This document shows, in pieces, positions 26,239-37,840 of a stretch of 64,000 nt of DNA. Made by a program: the position numbers and the translations under genes. Location: contig OY986947.1 of the NCBI GenBank assembly GCA_963920595.1, positions 5,084,001-5,148,000 of the forward strand, read 5' to 3'. Positions within the stretch are counted from its first letter, which is position 1. Each line of letters begins with the position of its first letter. The stretch comes from Eimeria praecox (Eukaryota). The notes beneath the pieces are model-generated. The model ran no database searches and was not told the DNA's origin. It saw only the letters and a list, made by a program, of their open reading frames with translations.

Positions 26239-27244
26239 TCTCCAGTCCTCCAAGTCATCTGCGCCTCGAATGTACCACGAGGCAAGTCCCAGTGACTGTA
26301 CCGTCGACTTTTCCTCCCCTTTTCGCCCAAGTCTAGACACTGTACCGCCAGGCCTACAGCCACAAGCTCATGCACTATTGTGAAGAGCTTCTGTCCACAC
26401 CTGCTTAAATTGTGGAGAGTTCTCAAAGGCAAAGTTAGTAGTAGGAAGCTGCAGGGATGTACTTAACGAACCAGCAAGTGCCTGAATGCTGTGTGGATCA
26501 AGCGCGAAGATTAGGTGAACGTTTATACACTGGGCCTGGACGGCCTTCTCAAGTTCTGTCAGCCACGGCAAACTTGAGATATATCATACCGAATTACTTC
26601 CCCCAGGAGGAGAAGGTGAAGAAGCGAAGGTAACTCGATTCCGCATATTCAGCAGTGCCGAGCCCAGCCCTAGCGTACTACGGCGAGCCACTTGAAACAC
26701 GCCTTCACCGAAGTAATTAGGCACAAAGCATGCATTTTCGTGTCACCCAAGCTGCATCTGATAGTTGCTCTCATGGGTACACTGACTTGCTAACAGTTTG
26801 TTAAGGGCCCCTTCAATTTCGCCCCTGTGCACACCGCTCGGCGTCGGCGCTCCGGACTGTCGGCCAGAGTGGGTTGCGCCGGAGCATTACTACGAGGGCG
26901 TTTTCGTCTTTAACGAATGTATCTATTATGTGTATGCCCGTTCCCTAGTTTTGGGAGCTCCTTTGGGGGATACTTGGTTGGTGAACATCCATGGCAACTC
27001 CCACATCAAGGCGGTCTGTCTCAAGCTGGTACTGCCAAGGTGGTACTGTACTTCTGCTTGCGTGCGGGCTGGGGGCTAAGGGTCAAATAAGTGTTCAACA
27101 GTTATCTACAGCGTTATCCCATGAAACAAATGTGGCTTGGGGTTGCTTGTATGTTGGGTTGCCTTGCAGCAGAAGCTGCACCATGTAGCATGCTCTGCTT
27201 CACGATGGTATTCGGATCCCTACATGCTAGCGGGTTCACCGCGG

Positions 27245-27470
27245 AGGATCAAGTAAGTATTTAGGTGTTTAACGATTGTATAAACTACAGTCTACAGGGC
27301 TAGCACATGCGGCAAATGGGCATCGATTGCGGTTCTATGTGGAGCTGCCTTTCAGCACTACCTGCAACGATTTGCGCTAGAGCCCATAGCAGGCTCGCCC
27401 GTGTCCCCACCAGCACAGGGCCAGGGGACGCTGTGCCAATAAGGCCTATGTGCTGAAGGGGAGGGCAGCT
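27245..27470 (+). repeat. Dispersed ~230-bp repeat family, copy (partial extra copy at ~27075-27185)
   Basis: Shared blocks GTGTTTAAC...TCTACAG...ATGTGGAGCTGCCTTTCAGCACTACCTGC...CGCTGTGCC. Confidence 0.65.
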
Positions 27471-28222
27471 GGATTTTGGGGACTCTTTCGTTAAGTCTTT
27501 GACTCTACTGCAACTCGAGACGGTCCTCGACTAAACCGAGGACTCTCGTTACATTAGCCTTGCATCATTCATGTTCCAACGGGGCAGGTGTGAACAATGC
27601 ACCCCATTCCCCGCAGCATGATGACTTAGCGCTTAGCAGCAGCTTCATATATATGTATATACACAAACCCTAAAACCCTTTTGAAAATTCTTCATCAAAA
27701 CTTCGACCACTTCTTCACTTGGATAATGGAGATTGGCCATTATTCCTCGTCAGCGGGGCTCTCAGTCGTGAGTATTCTGTCCATAAGGGGGCCAATCAAC
27801 TCGAATTCCGAAACCCATTCCGTCGAAAGTGCATATTCATGAAGAAGACCTCAGTCGTAGCCGGTCATCTAGCTCTGACGGGCGGTGCGATGTGAAGCCA
27901 TTAGAATAAGCTTTCATCTTCAAAAGGCATTAAAAGTTCTGCAAATGGTATTGGCATCTTTTCTAGTAGAAGGTAACTCGCGATGATGCTAGATAGCTTT
28001 ACGCACAGGATCCGCCTTCTCCAAGTATGCTAAGTCCATTTAAACCCCCTGGTATGCAGGCTTTTTTCCCAGATGTGTAAGGGAACTGGCTATCAGATAA
28101 CTGGGAAAAGTAGGGGGAACTGCCGACTGAACGGTGCAGTGAGAAGAATCAGTCACTGGTGAACAGAAATCCATTGGCGGTCATGGGGCCTCAGTATATT
28201 TGATCGACAGCATGGCTGTCTC

Positions 28223-28311
28223 CTGGAGATAGGCAATCAGTGATCAGCTGGTCAGCAATTAATTACTGGTTGCTGGAGAGAGGCAATCGGTGACCAGCTT
28301 GGCCGCAATTA
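28223..28311 (+). repeat. Two-copy imperfect tandem repeat, 50-bp period
   Basis: ctggagataggcaatcagtgatcagctggtcagcaatt versus ctggagagaggcaatcggtgaccagcttggccgcaatt. Confidence 0.75.
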
Positions 28312-28528
28312 GGAAATAATTGAACAGGCAGATATGAAAGGCTCGCCTGGAATGCAAGAAAGGAAAAGAGCCACTTCCATAACCATAGCTGAATGGGGGT
28401 AAGCAGGTTTAGAAAAGACCCAGATTTAGAGCCTAGGGTGTTGGAACTGTGAATGTCAAACCGGCGATGGAACCGGTGGGTAAGTCCTTTCCGAGGCCTA
28501 GGGTACGCCCCTCAGCCGAGGGATATGC

Positions 28529-28944
28529 TGTAGTGAACAGCGGGCCTACACAGTTACTACGATAGATCCCTAGGTTAGACAGAATAAGTGCACACGCCAC
28601 TGTCTCGCTCTTAAACCTATGATACTCGCTGAAACCACTAGTAAACACCGTTAACAACCAAATATATGATCGAGTTCCTATTATTGTTCCCCAAGGAAAA
28701 CCCAGAATAATAGAACTAATCCTCGACCCTCGCTGGGGGCAAGGACCAGCACAGGACAGGAACAGCCTCACACCCAGCCCCAAGCTTGTGCCGGGTGGCG
28801 AGCACTCTGATCCTATTAAGCTGTCTTTCTATCTAAAAGTGTCCTAATTCCTGAACTGAAATCTTCTATAGTGTTCATTCCTTTTCATGATATTAGGCCT
28901 CTTGAGGCCTCACCAGAGATCCATTGTAGTGCCTGTGCACTACA
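28529..28944 (-). mobile_element. Solo LTR (416 bp) with 5-bp target-site duplication TATGC, antisense to the adjacent gag-pol
   Basis: Termini are TGTAGTG...CACTACA, with TATGC on both sides (28524-28528 and 28945-28949). The reverse complement matches 35732-36147 with 11 substitutions by manual count. Confidence 0.9.
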
Positions 28945-29466
28945 TATGCCCTCACGTACCCGGAATGCCAGCAGCAAAAGCAACAGAACGCCTCCACACG
29001 CGTACGCCTGGCGACTGTTCCTTTCCCCAAGTGGACGATGGCGGATCTCTCTGTGCATTTCACATGGGGATTAGCAGCACTTAGAGGTTGCGATAGCATC
29101 TACGTTGTTGTGGGCATGGACGCCCGCTTCTTTCCCCGCTCGAGTTCAGTTACAGCAGAACGGACCGCTAAAGTTTTCATTAATCATCTGAAATCTGCAC
29201 TGTTATTCGAGAAACATCATCACTAAGGGGAAGCAAACGCTCGTTAGCGCCCACCCGGGCAAAATCAAGAAACAACATATGATGGGGCACACAACTGCAC
29301 TTCGGCACCTCAACCTACCGCCGTCGCCAACCCAGCCCCCCGAGAACTTCCTCAAGTGGCGGCTCCAAAGAAAGCGGTCGTGGAAATACAGCTACAAGGG
29401 CAATAGTCCGATGAAATAGCCAGACTAAGGCAAGAAGTAGAATGGCTGCAGAATTGCCTTATTTAG

Positions 29467-30336
29467 ATGAGTGTGCAGCGGTCGTCATTCGTACCGCCCC
29501 CGCCCCTCGCTCGGGAGAAGGGCAATAACATGCAACCCTTTTTAATGCTTATAGAACAACGGTTCACGAAGATGGCTCTTCCACAAGAACTGTGCGGTGA
29601 CGAGCTTGGAGAATACCTCGACGAGGAGCCCCTACAGTGCTGGATGGACCTGAAACAATCCGGTAGGGACATGACTGATTGGGCACTCATCAAACAGGAA
29701 TTAATAAGATGTTTCTGCAAGGAAGATCGAGCAACGCTCATTCACCAAATGACAGCTAACAAATGGGAAGGGGACTACAGCACATATACGGCTAACTTCA
29801 ATCGAATCGTGGCTCGAGGATCCAAGCTGCCGGCAGAAGATTTAGTTGGTTATTTCTTAACGAATATTCCAGCAGAACTCAGATGGGCCGTAACACAGCG
29901 AGGTACGAAACAATTCAGTGATTGGAGGGATGCAGCCCAAGCATTAGCCGCTGTATCCGCCCCGTGGGCTGCCGCACAGGAGGAATTCCGTAGGCGGGAA
30001 CGGGAGTTCCAACTTAGTCTCACAGGAAGAGCAACGGAGTTTCCACGTGCACCAGTGTCTACTGAGACTAGACGGTACACCCGAGCATCGGGTGACCAAA
30101 CAGAAATGGTGTGTTACCAGTGTAAAGACAAGAGGCACATGGTTAAGAATTGTCCAACCGGTGATCCGACTTCGAGCAAATCCGGGCAAACGTCTCGGAA
30201 CTGTGGAGGTATGGGCCACTAAGCTCGCGAGTGCCGAACACCTATTCGTATGAGGACAGGAGGGGGTAGCCACACTTCATCGACATCCGCACAGCAGAAA
30301 GAGCAGCGATCTCAACGTTTAAACGGGGGAGCCTAG
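29467..30336 (+). pseudogene. gag: Retrotransposon gag, interrupted by an in-frame TAA at 30220 within the second zinc knuckle; natural stop TAG at 30334
   Basis: ORF 29467-30222 encodes a capsid-like region and a CCHC knuckle. The frame continues through RNCGGMGH*ARECR to TAG at 30334-30336. Confidence 0.8.
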
Positions 30337-30364
30337 GCGTTGCGGGTGACAAACGTGCTAGGCT
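30318..30364 (+). promoter_or_regulatory. Putative -1 programmed ribosomal frameshift signal (slippery heptamer plus stem-loop)
   Basis: T TTA AAC at 30318-30324 is in gag phase. After a 5-nt spacer, AGCCTAG (30330-30336) pairs with CTAGGCT (30358-30364). The -1 frame is open into the protease ORF. Confidence 0.75.
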
Positions 30365-33300
30365 GCCAAATCGTGGCAGAGGTGTGATGTGCGCAGTAGC
30401 AACAGAACCTAATGCCATTTCAGTCTCCCCTCGGTGGGCAGAGAAGGTAATCCATAAGGAGCAAGGGGCACCAGCGGACAATCAAGGGCCAACTGCTTGT
30501 CAGAAGCAGTCAGCAGAGCGAAAGTCAGCTGCAGAGGCCCCAGCAGGCAACGGGGTGGAGAAGCGTAGTACCGACAACAGCAGAGACGTGAACGTCGGAG
30601 TGTCTATTGAGGGCCGTCAGTCAGTTACAAACGTTGAGTTGCCACCATGGTGGCGGGAGCTCGTTGCAGATGAGGGCTCCAAAGTGGAAGGGATGTTGTG
30701 CAGCGAGGGCGTGCTGGCCGTACTACCCGTAGAGGTGGTAGGGCATTCCTTTGAGGCGCTCCTAGATACTGTTGCCTCACACAGTTTCAGTAACCCTCGA
30801 TTGGTTGAAGCCTTACACCTGAAAGTGTGGAAACTTTCGGATGTGTGTGTGCTTACCATAGCGGGCGGTGCCCAGTTGCGTATTGATCGAACCGTGAAAA
30901 GTTTGACGGTCTGGTGTGGAAAGGAATGTTTTACCGGTGATTATCTAGTGGGTCCCGTCCCCTGTGATATCGTCCTAGGACTTGATTGGTTGACGAGACA
31001 TAAGGTTTCCTGGTATTTCCAGTCGGACTAGTTGAGGACGTATCTGGATGGAAGGTGGTGCGAATTGCCCCTGGTGCGCACACACATGGACAAATGAACT
31101 GAAGAGGATAACGAAGTCGCGCCCAAAAGGACTCCAGCCGAACAAACGTACGACCTTCTGGCTCGGCAAGTGGCTCAGATGACCGAGGCGGAGGCCGCTG
31201 CCCTTCTACGGTCGCCTCCCAAGCGAACTAAGCAGCGCACCATGCCTGGAAATAAAGTGCCTATCAAACCCTTGACCGAACAAGCATGAGCCAACACCAC
31301 TGGGTTACGATCTCCACTCCAAGGGTTAAATCTGGCATTAGCTTTGCCCGAAGCTGACGAATCCGTTGCCCTTAGGATACCTGAAGAGCAACAAGGAGCC
31401 TTGTGCTGCGCAATTATTAGTCACGACAATACACAGGCAGAGGAAGCCCTCCCTACACCTGCAGTAGATATACCGCATGCTACGGATGATGAAGACTCAG
31501 CATGGCCTAAGGCTAAGCTCGAGTTCACCCTCTTGGACGAGTGGACACAGTCAGCCGACTCCCAGGACCTCTCGGAGGAGATACGCGAAGTGCAGCAGAC
31601 ACATAGGCATGTTTTCCCTGGCAGCTTGCCACCAGGCTTGCCACCCAAGCGACCGCACGACCACCGCATCCTTTTAGCCCCTGGCAAGCTCCCAAAAACA
31701 TCGGCACTTTACCGTATGATTCCTGATCAGCTTCGCTTTCAAAAACAGGAAAACGCCAAGCTGTCAGCACATGGATGGATCGGGCCCACGTACTCCCCCA
31801 TCTCCGCACCCACATCATGGTTGATAAACGAGATGATGGCACAGGCGAGCGTCAGATGCGTATGCTGGTTAACTACCAAGCCCTAAATGCGCTTACGATA
31901 GTGCCTAGCTTTCTATTACCTCCGATCCAAACGATCTTGGAGACGCTGGGCGGCGCCAAGTATTTCTCCACTCTCGACTTAGAGGCAGGCTTCCACCAGA
32001 TCCGCATGGCCAAAGAGGATCGCTAGAAGACAGCCTTTGGTTCAGTCTTGGGCATGTTCGAATACAAAGTCATGCCATTCGGGCTGAAGGGAGCTCCCGC
32101 TACCTTTCAAGCAAACATAAATGCCTACTTGCAACCCTTGCTAGGTCATGGGGTGATTGCATACCTTGATGATGTTCTCATATATTCATATGATCTTCCT
32201 ACTCATGCTGTTCTCCTACGAAAGGTGTTAAGCATCTTTCTCACCAATCAATTCTACCCGAAATTTCGCAAGTGCCAGTTCGCGCGCCTGGAACTCACGT
32301 ATTTGGGATATGCCATCAGTGCAGAAGGGATAAAACCTGCAGCAGACAAGATCGAAGCAATCCGGGTGTGGCCAGAGGTACTGGAGAATGAGACGCAAGT
32401 ACTCCAGTTCCTTGGTACCGTTAATCACTGTCGTATGTTTATGGGTCCCGATTATGCAGACATTTCCCGTCCCCTGGTTACCCTGACTCGCAAAGACACC
32501 CCCTTTAATTGGACCGACGCACACACCCAGGCGGTTCGCCAACTCAAGCAACGTCTCATTGACTACACCACCCTCCAGGTCCCAGACACCTCTAAGCCTT
32601 TTGAGCTCTACACCGATGCCTCTGGCTACGCCATTGGTGGCATACTCGAACAAGCTGGACAGCCAGTTGGGTTCCTCAGTCAGGCCATGACTCCCGTGCA
32701 ACAGAAATATTCGATCTACGACCAGGAACTGTTGGTACTGTCCACAGCCTTCGACAAGTGGTCTCACCTACTTCGCGTCGCTAAGGTTACAGCATTCACG
32801 GACCATCAAGCCCTTACCCACTTACGGAAGCTCCAGACGTCCAGGCCCTTGCGGGGACGCACCGCCCGGTGGTTAGATTTCCTCGCGGAGTTTCCCGATC
32901 TCACTATCACCTATCTACAGGCTGCGCGTCACACGGTGGCCGATGCGTTTTCTCGTCTTCCTTGTCATTCCTCTTTACAACCGCCCCCCCTGCCTAGTCC
33001 GTCTCCGCCTCCTCTCTCGGGGTCCTCCGCCCCGCTTCTGTTAGCCCCTGCACACTCATATCCAGCTCATCACACCAGGCGGACGCAAGTTAACTACCGG
33101 CAGCTGGCTGGCATTCGTCGTCGCACGCCTCGGATTCTCCCGCAGTCTCCCCCCTCGTTGTCCCAGGCCAACGAGTCTTCTCCTGACGACACCGAGCCCT
33201 CCGCCATCCTCCCAGTGCAGCCCGCTGTTTCTGCAACCTTGGATTGGCCGGCCGCTTATGCGAACTGTCCCGTTTTCCCGGTTTCATACACCACGGCGGT

Positions 33301-34751
33301 TCAGGCAGCCGGTGCAACTGCCCAGGTGGAATCCTGCAGTCGTCTCCTCGCCTTCCGATTTGTCACCCCTTTCCTCAGCGTTTGCATACACGGATTATGG
33401 CATGTATGTGTTCCGCAGCTTCCAGAGTTCCTTACACACATTCTATATAACCATCATGATCACGTAACCGCAGGGCATCAGGGGCGGAAGAAAACGTTCT
33501 TATCTCTCAGCAAACTTTATTATTGGCCCGGCATGCGCACTTACACTAGAGCCTACGTGGAGTCCTGTACGCAGTGCCGCGCCTCCAAGTCCCTCAACCA
33601 AAAGCCTGCCGGCCTTCTCTTGCAGTTAATTATTCCCTCCAGCCGCTGGAGCCACGTCAGCCTGGATTTCATTACCGATCTCCCGCTTACGAAGACTTGC
33701 CATGACTCTATCCTGGTGCTGGTCGATTCCCTTAGCAAGAGGGAGCACTTTGTCCCTGCAAAAAAGACATTCACAGCCGCTGATACCGTGGATATTCTCG
33801 CTGATCGGCTTATTCGTTACCATGGGCTGCCAGAGGTACTCATTTCGGACCGCGATCCACGTTTCCAATCCGACGTGTGGCAGCAGCTGTGTGCGCGTTT
33901 CAACATCAAACGCGCTTTGTCTTCCTCGTATCACCCTCAGAGCGACGGTCAAACAGAACGACTGAATCGCACGCGCGAACAAATGTTCCGCACCTACATC
34001 CAATCCGACAAACGTGAGTGGGAGCACTTACTACCTGCCTTAGAACCCGCGTACAACACCACTAGTCATTCGTCCACTGAACTTCTCCCCTTCGAGGTCA
34101 TGATTGGGGAGAAGCCCCTTACAGCAGCGGATCTCGATGTCGTCGGTGCTCTCTCCCCTACCCTTACTCCGCCGATGACGAAGCTTTTCCGCCAGCTCTG
34201 CGACCGGGAACAGAGCGCAGAGTCACATCCTGAAGGCAAAATGTCAACGAAAGCACTACGCAGATGCCCACCGCCGCGAAGTGGAGTATGCGGTAGGCGA
34301 CAAAGTCTGGCTGAGCAGCAAGCACCTTCTAGCTCTGACTACATGTCCTAAGTTTGAACCCCGTTTTCCGGGGACCCTTCCCTATTCCTGAACGCAGTGG
34401 GAGTGTTGCTTACCTCCTGGCGTTGCCCCCCACTTACGAATGCCATGATGTCTTCCACGTCTCCCAGTTAATTCCTGACCGCCGCCGCGCCCCCGAACAG
34501 GAACCTCAGGAGGCCGTCATGGAGTGGCCTCCCACCTGACATGCTGCAGGCAACTCCACGGATCAATACGAAGTCGACTACATCATGGACCAGCACGGAT
34601 CCGGCGACGAGGCCTACTTGCTGGTCAAGTGGCGGGGCTTCCCGGAGGACCAACCCACCTGGGAACCCGCTAGCCATTTGGGGGGTTGGGGGGTTGCCCC
34701 GCACTGCTGCGCGCCTGGCGGCGCCGTCAGCGGAACCGCCGTCTGCCCTGA
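30318..34751 (+). pseudogene. pol: Retrotransposon pol (PR-RT-RH-IN-chromodomain), disrupted
   Basis: ORF fragments 30384-31031, 31344-31886, 31775-32026, 32048-34351 and 34354-34539, plus the chromodomain to ~34751, carry the canonical motifs in order. Confidence 0.9.
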
Positions 34752-34847
34752 CCCGCCGCCCTCTCCTCGTTTCGGTGCCCCCTATCTTCCCTTCTTGCCA
34801 GCTGCCTCACGCTTCCCGCCCTGTGGAAAGGGTGCAGGAGCACCCCT

Positions 34848-35245
34848 TGTGGCGGTATCAGGTTACCTACACAGTCAATGGCCTAGCTTAGAGGCACACG
34901 GACACGCATGTCACGGTAAGACCTCACAACAAGCACCAGCACACTGTACCATCTGTAGAAAGGTGAATATCTACACCACATTAGTGTTACTATTCGTAGA
35001 GTACCTGGAGGTAGCAATACTCAGGGGAGTTGCCTGTATCCAGAGACCTAGAGTGGCAAAATTCACGTTAGGAAGGGGCGTAAGCATCTCTACACGCTAA
35101 CAGCAGAACCCCAAGTTAGCAGATAGGTGACCAAAATGTTGAGTAAAAAAGAATAATCGTTAGTTTAACGGAGGTTCATTATCCGTCAGGAGTAATAAAA
35201 CACAAAGGTAATCAGGAAACCTGATTAGCAAATGCACGCGCCACA
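34848..35245. mobile_element. Candidate LTR of a second family (398 bp, TGTGGCG...CGCCACA)
   Basis: It has 7-bp inverted termini beginning TG and ending CA, LTR-like length, and starts ~100 bp after the pol stop. There is no TSD and no second copy in the window. Confidence 0.45.
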
Positions 35246-35715
35246 GCATAACAGCGCAGCAAAGATGCCGATAGAGGGAGACAACACGCAGTCAAGAGAA
35301 TAGAACACTGCTAAACAGCAAGTACAACCGCCTTGCACTCCAGATGAGCAAGGCGGACCTGAATTAGCTGCACACAGGTGAGCACAACAATCCTGCGAAG
35401 CAACAAGGCAGAATAGTAGCAAACACACTTCTGGGAGACCACGTGAGGCCGTCGGGACACCGGGTAGAGGTTCGGATAGAGAAATAAAAGCAAGAGACGT
35501 AGGAGCGCAACTTCTCTCGAGTTCCGACAAGGCTAATACAGAGGGTTGGAAAGCCTGGACCCTGTTCTTGCTGGACCGCCGAATAGTTGGCTTAGCTGAA
35601 AGCCCCGTTACCCCAGACTTGTGGACAACCCTATAATGATGCAAAGGGGAAAGGAAGACAATATGAAGGTTAGAGAAGAACAGGAGTAAACGAAACCGTG
35701 AAGCAGTTTCTGTTC

Positions 35716-36147
35716 AAAGAAAGGGGGAGGTTGTAGTGTGCAGGCACTACAATGGATCTCTGGTGAGGCCTCAGGAGGCCTAATATCATGAAAAGGAATG
35801 AACACTATAGAAGATTTCAGTTCAGGAATTAGGACACTTTTAGATAGAAAGACAGCTTAATAGGATCAGAGTGCTCGCCACCCGGCACAAGCTTGGGGCT
35901 GGGTGTTAGGCTGTTCCTGTCCTGTGCTGGTCCTTGCCCTCAGCGAGGGTCGAGGACCAGTTCTATTATTCTGGGTTTTCCTTGGGGAACAATAATAGGA
36001 ACTCGATCATATATTTGGTTGTTAACGGTGTTTACTAGTGGTTTCAGCGAGTATCATAGGTTTAAGAGCGAGACAGTGGCGTGTGCACTTATTCTGTCTA
36101 ACCTAGGGATCTATCGAAGTAACAGAGTAGGCCAGCTGTTCACTACA
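35716..36147 (+). mobile_element. Polypurine tract plus 3' LTR (LTR 35732-36147, 416 bp)
   Basis: AAAGAAAGGGGGAGG (then one T) precedes TGTAGTG...CACTACA. The LTR is the same family as the solo LTR at 28529-28944, in the opposite orientation. Confidence 0.9.
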
Positions 36148-37664
36148 GCCAGCCCCAAATCATAACGGCTGTAGGCACAGATTACCCATTTTACCAGAAT
36201 AGTGGTCTAAACTTTCCCTATTATATGCTCAATACTTTTTATAATGCGCTTTATGACGAATTCACTCGCCATGGACTCAGTGCAGAGCCCATTATAGCGC
36301 TCCTGCTCTGCATGACCACTGCAAACAAGACGAACGCAGAGCCACACTGAAAGCACCAGCCGCACTATTGTGTAACATTTGCGGCTCTATACCTAGAATA
36401 ATTGATCCAAATCGCTTGACTTTCTCGCTTGTGGTAAATGGGCCTATACAGCTGCCCACTCGTTGATTAGTCGCTCTCCAGCATCCCGGGTCAACACCGA
36501 CGCACGGTTACCTAACCTGGCATTGTTGAAAGCTGCTCTTGAATCGCATCTGCCGACTTGAATGCACATCTTACGGGAGCGCGGAGATGCATAAAGAAGG
36601 CACAATAATGCCAGACCAGAAACTACCGAAAACGGCGTTCATCAGTAACTTCCAGCACAGGTGGTTTGCTTATACTGGGTTTGAAGACCTTCCGGGCAAG
36701 CAGGGGAACTAAAACCAGAAGAATTTCGCCGTGCTTTGACTGCTCTTCGCTCTTCCTTGCCGGGTAAACGCGTGGGACAGCATCGTAGGCATACCCTCAA
36801 GGTGCAAATGTGATCACACTGGCAGCGTTGGTTTCGTCAAATGGTTCATGGAATCACAGATATCTTCCCGACTCGCCCCCTTCCTCCCCCGTTCAAAGTG
36901 GCAACAGCGTCAAGGCAAGAAGGAACAGCCGGAGAATATTGGGATCTTAAAGCAGGCGCAACATCTCAAAGAGGCCAAGAAAACGATAATATTATTTAAA
37001 ATGGCCTGAACAACAACAGGTCGAGTGGGTTTCTATGAATCGCTTGAGCGAACCATTTCCTTGGGAGCATTTTCGTGGGATCCAGAACTCAGCTTCAGCG
37101 ACTGGAACATTGCGTGTGTGCAGCATAGCATAACTTTGGGTTGCGTTCAACCTGTCTGCCGCTGTCGACGAACCCATGCCCTTTGATTCGTGTGCTCTTC
37201 ATCGCTGATTACTTTACCTCTGTTGTTACTCTTCCTGTCTTTCCTTAACACGGGACCGCCGCAAGCACCAGGCTTATTTTCCACTTATTTTGCGGCTAGG
37301 CCCGTCCTTTGGGGCTGTTCAGGCGGATGCTACGCGCTAGCACCAGCTCACCTCATGCTTTTAAATAGTTAGGGATGCCTGCATCAAAGGGGCTATCTCT
37401 ATTCAACCAAACAGCACAGATGTCCGTCAACCAGTGCAAAGCCAAGAATCTAGAGCCCAGGGACGGCTGCGGCGGCCGCCTAGCAAAGCGGCATCCCCAG
37501 ATACCGTTCTGCCTCCTTTTTCTATTTGCTTTTCTTTCATTTTTTCCCCCAAAGGAAACAAGGTATAGGAGGAGGTAAGGTTCTTGGGGGAGAAAGGGGG
37601 GCAGATACAGGAGGTTCTAAGCGAAGTTCGCACTAGCTTTTTGACTTGTGCGTGGGTTGGCTAT

Positions 37665-37840
37665 GTAGGGCCAAGCAAGTGTTTAACCGCTTTCTACAGT
37701 GAGCGTATATGCAGCAAAAAGGGGGCTGGCTGTAGTTGCACGTGGGGCTGTTTTGCAGTGCTGGCTGCAGCATGCCAGGCTGCCTCCTCACCAGCAACAG
37801 GCCCCTGCGCCGCTGTGCCCAGGACGCCTGGAGGCTGAAA
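37665..37840 (+). repeat. Dispersed ~230-bp repeat family, copy
   Basis: GGCCAAGCAAGTGTTTAAC...TCTACAG...CTGGCTGT..GCACGTGGGGCTGTTTTGCAGTGCTGGCTGC...GCCCCTGCGCCGCTGTGCCCAGGA. Confidence 0.7.

Larger units (their letters stand above)
29280..34751 (+). mobile_element. Decayed Ty3/Gypsy chromovirus internal region (gag, protease, RT, RNase H, integrase, chromodomain)
   Basis: Gag carries a CCHC knuckle CYQCKDKRHMVKNC (~30112-30153). Protease ALLDTVASHSF (~30755-30790). RT LDLEAGFHQIRM, MPFGLKGAPATFQ, YLDD. RNase H LYTDASGYAIGG. Integrase H-H-C-C, SLDFITDLP, ISDRDPRF, HPQSDGQTERLN, GPF. Chromodomain YEVDYIMD...YLLVKWRGF...TWEPASHL (~34565-34680). Domain order RT-RH-IN indicates Gypsy. Premature stops at 30220, 31029 and 32024 and several frameshifts. 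Confidence 0.95.

Noticed and set aside
27665..27679. AAACCCT telomere-like heptamers
   Set aside because: Only two copies, which is too short to call an interstitial telomeric array.
28433..28783. Duplicated ORF MGLGVRLFLSC... (also 35893-36165) and MFIPFHDIRP... ORFs
   Set aside because: They lie inside the LTR copies, start at non-ATG codons, and are similar only because the LTR is duplicated.
28529..36147. DIRS-like or DNA-transposon interpretation of the inverted terminal repeats
   Set aside because: The interior encodes protease, DDE integrase and chromodomain, with no tyrosine recombinase or transposase. The left repeat has its own TSD and the right its own PPT, so both are ordinary LTRs.
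9632..36147. Functional linkage between the Spindle-E-like helicase and the nearby retrotransposon as a single system
   Set aside because: They are separated by an unrelated kinase gene, and proximity in a eukaryotic genome is not evidence of coupling.
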